A DNA stretch of 58,480 nucleotides, counting the filler, from Catajapyx aquilonaris (lineage: Eukaryota): the NCBI GenBank assembly GCA_000934665.2. It is 4 parts of 4 records of this genome, joined end to end, with 100 filler letters (N's around TTAATTAATTAA, not from the genome) between each part and the next. Parts side by side here need not be neighbours in the genome. Positions count along the whole stretch, not along the records: positions 43,975 to 58,480 come from JYFJ02007756.1; 3 more parts are not named here. One strand, written 5' to 3'. A program made the translations under genes and the position numbers. This document shows positions 52,856 to 58,480 of this stretch, piece after piece; positions within the stretch are counted from its first letter, which is position 1; the number at the start of each line of letters is the position of its first letter. The notes below the pieces were generated by a model, which made no database searches, was not told the origin of the DNA, and saw only the letters and a program-made list of their open reading frames with translations.

Positions 52856-53148
52856 GGGGAGGCATGGTGGCCGAGTTGGTAACAACTCGGCTTGCTGCGT
52901 GAAAGGTCCTGGGTTCAATTCCCACCCGGGAGTTCCCTTTCGCCTGCGTCAGGAGGGTCTCTGACCCGCGCCTTGGAAGTATCTGGCTACCTAACCTCCA
53001 AGGAGACTGCACATGACCCCTTTTCAGACATTGCACCTGCACCTGTGTCTCCTGAAAAATCCCCATCCTTACCCCATGTCCTTTCTTCCCTGCATGGGGT
53101 TAGAAGAAAAAATATGAAAATTGAATGGAAAATATGGCCCTATCACAG

Positions 53149-53193
<45 letters not shown>

Positions 53194-53215
53194 TAATAAT
53201 AATGATGATAATAAC
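52856..53215 (+). mobile_element. tRNA-derived SINE, head C + body C + tail T2, (AAT)n end
   Basis: Box A TGGCCGAGTTGG, box B GGTTCAATTCCC; tail TGGCCCTATCACAGGGTAA(TAA)n. Confidence 0.85.
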
Positions 53216-55076
53216 AACAAACACTTATTAATGATGTCCCTGCGGGCATGAAGGGGTTAATGCTGCTAATGCAGTGGTATAAGGATTAGGTCATGGCTGA
53301 AATCTGTTTTGTTTTTTTCACATGCAAACCTGCTTACAAGCTTGTGGTCATTTGCATCATATAGGAACTACCTAGCCATGTCAGATAAAGAAATGTTTGT
53401 AACTGTTCTATTGCTGTATCTGTCCATTATTGGTTGATTAATAATGTTGGATATTTATGGCCCAACAGCAACTTGAGGCTTGTGATAGTCACACTGCATT
53501 CTTCCAAAATAATAATATTAATGCAGTAATGAGCAGATTCCTGTCATCAATATGTACGTATTTTGCACCTGGAGATAATTTTTCAGGGATGCCGTGCAGG
53601 CATCAATGTACTGTGATGGAGCAACATGAAATGCTCGGAAATTGTAACCATCCTCTGGGACAAGGTTCTGTGCCAGTTCTGCACATTTCCAGTGCTTCCA
53701 TATAGTGTGTAAATGAAATATGTATCACCTGCTTTTGTGCTCAGAATGAGCTTTCTGTACACAAGTAATGTTTATTTTGGAATTTGGTGCATCCAGTAAA
53801 GTTGTAGGATGCCAAACAAAATTGTGAGGCCCAGAGTAGGTATGTGGAAAGGTTGGATTCCATAAATATGGGTGTGTGTATGCATGTATCAGTCTTCCAT
53901 AAATGTTGTAGTTGGTGGCCTTTTCCCCTTCCGTACGCTTTCAAAGCAAGAGTCATACTTTCGCCAACCTGCCAAAAATTTATACTGTTACCTAAGAAAT
54001 GATTACCCTGCTGTTTACTTGTATACTAGCAGACTGATGTATTTTTTATTTCATAATTGGGTATTTGCAAACTGGATGGGTAGGTGAAGGAGGAGGGTGG
54101 GAAATTGGCTAAGTTAAGCCTGTCATCCACTTCACACATGGAGAAATGCTGAAATAAAGTGTTGAAAAAAGTGTTCAAGTGTAAACGTTGACGTGTGCTT
54201 CAGCTAACCTGCACTTCTCATTGTTGAACATTTAAATAGGTTGAAGATATGGAATGTACCGGACATAGTGACCATTTGATTCCTGGTGCTATTTCCACCC
54301 ATATAATTGTGCCTTGTTGACAACAATCAATAAGAATCTTAAATCCTCCATCCATGGGCTACCATCAGTAATACAACTTGGCTTTAGGTTTGAAGACGAA
54401 AATTTATGGTATTTGAGTGAAATTTTTGGACGCCATTTGAACGAAATTGTATGCTTATATCGGGCATGAATTCCGTCGGGAACGTGGTTTGAGTGAATTG
54501 GCATTATACCATTCCCAAAGAGCAACCCATCTATGTATTGCCACCTTCACCTGTGTGTGCAATATTTGCACATTTTCTGACGTGAAAATATTGATACATG
54601 GTGTATCCTATGGACATTTGGTCGAGTCTAAAGAATTAGAGCCTCTCTAATATATTCTTTAGCTAACAAATGTCCATAGGATGTTGTTCTGTAGGAGCAG
54701 GGCGGTCGGATATTCACAGCTTGGATAATCGAGGTTCTACTGTACAGGGTGTTTCTCACTAGTACGTCAACCTGAAGTCAGTGTATTCCTTGGGCCAAAA
54801 CGAGTTGAAAATGTAGAGGGGAGAAATGTCAAGGGAGCAACCATTAACAAGGTACATGAGCACCAACATTAAAAGAAGCGACCTCGCAAATCCCAAGTCA
54901 TGATTATCATGCTCAGATCCTGCTCCCTAGGCAACCACTGGCCAATGTGGAATCAGTACTTTCAGCTACTTTATGAAATCTATTCTAAATACTGTGCTCT
55001 TCCATCAAAGCCTGCCTTGAATCTATTCTTGCCAGAGTGAGGCATCAAAAAGCATCCCCTGCCTGAAATACTCATA

Positions 55077-55588
55077 CAGTGGTGCTTCGAACTTCATTCG
55101 TTCCAGGAGGTTGTTCAAACTACGAATAAGTTTTCCCAATAAGAAATAATGGAAAGTGAATTAATCAGTTCTCAGCCCGTTTTGATAAACTAAACCAGAA
55201 AACACATACTTTAAAGTAAACATTACGAAATTAACTGCCCTAGAGCCTAGATAATAAATTAAAACATGAAAGCAATAAATAAAATACGCAAATACTGTAC
55301 AATAACATGAAAATGGCAATTACTGTACAAGTGAGGAGTGGTGATTCCCCGTGTGGCTGGCGGAGTGGATGGTGGAGAGTAAGTTAGGAAAAAAGTAACG
55401 TATAACCAAACTCGCCAACAATAAAGCGATAAAAACACTGAATACATGTGTTTTCACAGCGAGAGACGACTTGGGCAGTTTTTCACAGAGATTGCAGTTC
55501 GAACTTAGAAGCATCGTTCGAACTCCGGATAAAATTTCTCTCGAAATTAGCGGTCGAACTCTGGTTAGGGGTGTTTGAAGTACGACTG
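55077..55588. mobile_element. Degraded Tigger-like MITE
   Basis: TA|CAGTGGTGCTTCGAAC...GTTTGAAGTACGACTG|TA. Confidence 0.7.
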
Positions 55589-55599
55589 TATGAAATATT

Positions 55600-55910
55600 C
55601 CGGTTCTGAGTCCTGGTGCTGATGTACTAGTACAGAATGTTGTATCCCCGAATGAAGGCGTCACAGTACTTGTTCTTGACCTGACCATTCACGTACTCCT
55701 CCGTCTGCTCCAGTGCAATGTTCATGTAGCCGTCCAGACATGCCAACATGCCTGCAGGTAATTGCAAACACCAATAAGAATAACGCAAGTGCCTCAAATT
55801 AACGAGTCCTTGCAAGATGTTAAAAAATAATGACAACACGCCTCGGTGAAGACCACAGGCCGACCCTTGATCTGCTCCAGAAATTCCTGCAGCTTCTCCT
55901 TTCAGCTCAT
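55600..55910 (-). pseudogene. LSM6: Unprocessed LSM6 pseudogene (two exons, intron 55752-55841)
   Basis: MS*KEKLQEFLEQIKGRPVV...|GMLACLDGYMNIALEQTEEYVNGQVKNKYCDAFIRGYNILY*YIST. TGA at codon 3, loss of the VKLNSGVDY segment, donor reads gc, 6-bp insertion creates TAG. Confidence 0.88.
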
Positions 55911-55962
55911 CCTACTCAATTAGTAATTAATCACTTCCAAAGCATATGCAACTTCCCACACT

Positions 55963-56202
55963 TTATAATCGATATTAGGGAGGTTGGCCCGGCATTGCCT
56001 TTCAACCTCCAAGGATAGGGAAGGAAGGAAGAGGCTGTGGCCTATTATACGGAAGCGACCCCGGAATTATCCTAGATACCTAGAAAGACCGTGGAAAACC
56101 ACAGAAAACCGCAGTCAGGGTTGCCGACCCCGGGATTCGAATCCAGGACCTCCCGATTAGCAGTCGGACGCCTTATCCATGCTTTCGGGAACCTGCTTCG
56201 GT
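55963..56202 (-). mobile_element. tRNA-derived SINE, head B + tail T3
   Basis: TSD AACTTCCCACACT at 55950-55962 and 56206-56218; near-identical to 22659-22884. Confidence 0.9.
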
Positions 56203-56702
56203 AAAAACTTCCCACACTGTCAGAAACATTACTAGTTACTAGATTATAATTCCTTGTTGAAATTTTGGTAGGTGGACACAATGTGGATCGGCATGCCCCC
56301 CACAATTTCCAACACAATATGTGGCAGTATGTAGTGTAGTCAGCAGTCAGCTTACGAGGTCTTCCACACCTAAATTTTCTGCATCGAAAAACGATCAAAA
56401 ATTTAAAGCCATCAACAGGTGTCTCTTATCCACATGACCCTGAAAGTGAGCTGGAGTCTGGACATGCCTCTCTGCAAAATGGCTCCCCTCCTGGATTGGC
56501 AACACTGCAACTTGAAACCAGAAAATGGCCACTGAATTTTTCTGAATAAAAACCAACTCTAATGGGACTGGAATGGCTACCTTTTAACTGGCTTTATTAC
56601 ATTCTTGGAATACATAGAAAGGTCTGGAGCTGGGCAACCAGCTTGTAGTTACATCCATATAACACACGTTTGCCGTTCTGGCAACAACATTTATTAAATG
56701 CT

Positions 56703-56943
56703 TTAATTTGGCAGTTTATTCGAGAACGGATTCCTGATGACCTTGTCTGATCCTTCGATTTCGATCTGCTCGTACATCCACTTCCGGCCGTTCCTGCACT
56801 CGTGTCCGCACTTGTTGGAGCGGCACTTGGAGCATGGGAAGTGGCATCCGAGGCAGGTCAGATCCAGGCAGTCGCAGAGGTCACGCCCGCCAGCAATGGT
56901 CAGCCGGCCGCGCTCGTCATACAATGTCGGATTACGCTTACTA
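56703..56943 (-). CDS. ARL14EP: ARL14EP-like coding exon 3, Cys-rich ARF7EP_C domain
   Basis: YDERGRL...[44 protein letters not shown] is the ARL14EP signature; total CDS 178 aa; AATAAA on the minus strand at 56690-56695. Confidence 0.92.
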
Positions 56944-57041
56944 CTGGGAAAAGAAGTAGAACTGGGGTATAAAGAAAACAGGGAAGACAAAAACAGGGGA
57001 ATTATTTGCGGAAATAATAACCTAACCAGACATGAACTTAC

Positions 57042-57232
57042 GGCTCAGTGTAGATCTTCCGTGTCAGCTTCCTACGCTCCCTGTTACTCTTCTCGGGGTC
57101 AAAGTTCTGCAGAAACTTGTTGGTCGACTCGTTGGTCAGCTTGATCAGCTGGGTCAACCGGGTGTTACGCCTGGCCTGCCGCTTGGCCAGGGACAGCACC
57201 TGCATGCTTTCATCCAGCTGTGGAGACGAAAT
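57042..57232 (-). CDS. ARL14EP: ARL14EP-like coding exon 2
   Basis: ISSPQLDES...[26 protein letters not shown]; gacag| acceptor, CC|gtaagt donor; frame joins exon 3. Confidence 0.82.
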
Positions 57233-57282
57233 CTGTCATTATAAAAACAAAGTTTGTCGGTCTGTTTGTTTTTTGCCCAGAC

Positions 57283-57387
57283 CTGAGTTGCATCCTTGCT
57301 ACAGGAGGCCTGGCTGCTTCCCTCGTCCTCGGACTTCACAGCCCCACCGGGTCTACCGCCCTTGGTCACATTTCCGCCCTCAGCCAT
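57283..57387 (-). CDS. ARL14EP: ARL14 effector protein-like (ARF7EP_C domain), coding exon 1
   Basis: ATG at 57387, MAEGGNVTKGG...KDATQ, CAG|gt donor, 50-nt intron; upstream 5'UTR intron 57395-57458 (gtgagc...ctag). Confidence 0.7.
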
Positions 57388-57812
57388 CCTACGTCTAGAG
57401 GAGGACACAATGTGGAAAGTCTGACAGCATGAAAAAATATTCAACCATTTTTGCTCACCTGACCTGGTGTACTTAGGGTTAAAAGCGTGCTGAAAGACCC
57501 TGTGAAGTGACCTTGAAGTGACGGAGAGAAGTACCACGAAGGACTCTTCACCAGACAAAGCAGAAGCAGACAAAGCCAGAGAGAGTGCCAGTGTTCCAGA
57601 CGCCAAGTACGCCAACCGAAACCGAATGCGTAGCTGCTTGTAGATATAAGCTGCTTTTGATAGCTCTCACTGGGCGTTTCAAATATTGGGCGGGAATTAC
57701 TTTATCGTCAAATTATGGCATTTGTAGCTCTTGTAGCTACTAATAGTTTGATTTTATTTATTGTTACGCTACTACCAGTTAAACATATTTCTGCGTCATT
57801 GTAAGTTTGTAA

Positions 57813-57962
57813 AGGCCATTTCACAAAAAAAATGTCGCGCGGCAAACGGCGCGACTTGCGGCAAATTTTTATTTATATTTATTGTTGCCAATTGTTGGCA
57901 ACAATAAAATTTGCCGCAAGTCGCGCCGTTTGCCGCGCGACATTTTTTTTGTGAAATGGCCT
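57813..57962. mobile_element. PIF/Harbinger (Tourist-like) palindromic MITE upstream of ARL14EP
   Basis: TAA|AGGCCATTTCACAAAA...TTTTGTGAAATGGCCT|TAA; 150 bp, near-perfect arms. Confidence 0.88.
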
Positions 57963-58480
57963 TAACAATCAATTCGCAATTCACATACCGAGAGTTCTGG
58001 CATGAAACGCATCAGTATAGGTGGGGGTGGTGCTGGTTGTGGAGTGGGCATGAGTATTCTTGGGAGGAATCAGGAAGGGGGGAACTGGAAAGGGGTGAGG
58101 TGTGAAGAGGGGGAAGGATGGTATCAGACTGATACAGGAAGGGGGGGTTGAAATGCTGCCTGTTGTGTTTTCTAGAGTCGCTAGGCGTTGTCAAGCATCA
58201 CTCCCTTACTTCGGGCATCATCGGACATCGGGAGTGTCAGGCGTTGTCAGACGTCATTCCCTTACTGCAAGCATCCTAGGCGTTGTAGGGCGTCGTAGGC
58301 ATAAAGCGCACTTCTAATATACAGTCCATATCAAAATTGCATACCCACTATCATTTGGTTAACTTTCATACGTTACTTTTATATATTTTAAAAATCCATG
58401 CGCAAATTATGCCCATAAAAGGATATAGTTAATATGACCCATGATCAGTAGCGGATCCAGGATTTTTTTCTGGGGGGGGG

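Noticed and set aside
55627..55839. Intact 70-aa LSM6 ORF as listed in the ORF track
   Set aside because: Its N-terminal part is intron; the true exon 1 has a stop and a deletion.

Overview
Repeat-rich genomic DNA of an invertebrate animal (probably an arthropod; inference from the SINE types, LSM6 N-terminus and 50-65 nt introns). The window is four ~14.5 kb contigs joined by identical artificial 100-bp linkers (N44-TTAATTAATTAA-N44), so adjacency across gaps is probably not biological. Host genes: the 3' six coding exons of DEAD-box helicase DDX24/MAK5 (+, 32484-42008), with a GC-AG intron and a 5.1 kb U12-type intron; an intact three-coding-exon ARL14EP-like gene (-, 56703-57387); and an intron-containing LSM6 pseudogene (-, ~55600-55910). 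Much of the rest is non-autonomous DNA transposons, many nearly fully palindromic (Tc1/mariner, pogo/Tigger, Tc4/Tc5-like, piggyBac, Kolobok-like, Academ-like, Harbinger, hAT) and often nested. There are also tRNA-derived SINEs assembled from interchangeable head, body and tail modules, and short TA-flanked micro-insertions that look like excision footprints. Superfamily calls rest on termini and TSD rules read by eye, with no database search. The first contig (1-14521) has no gene I can support.
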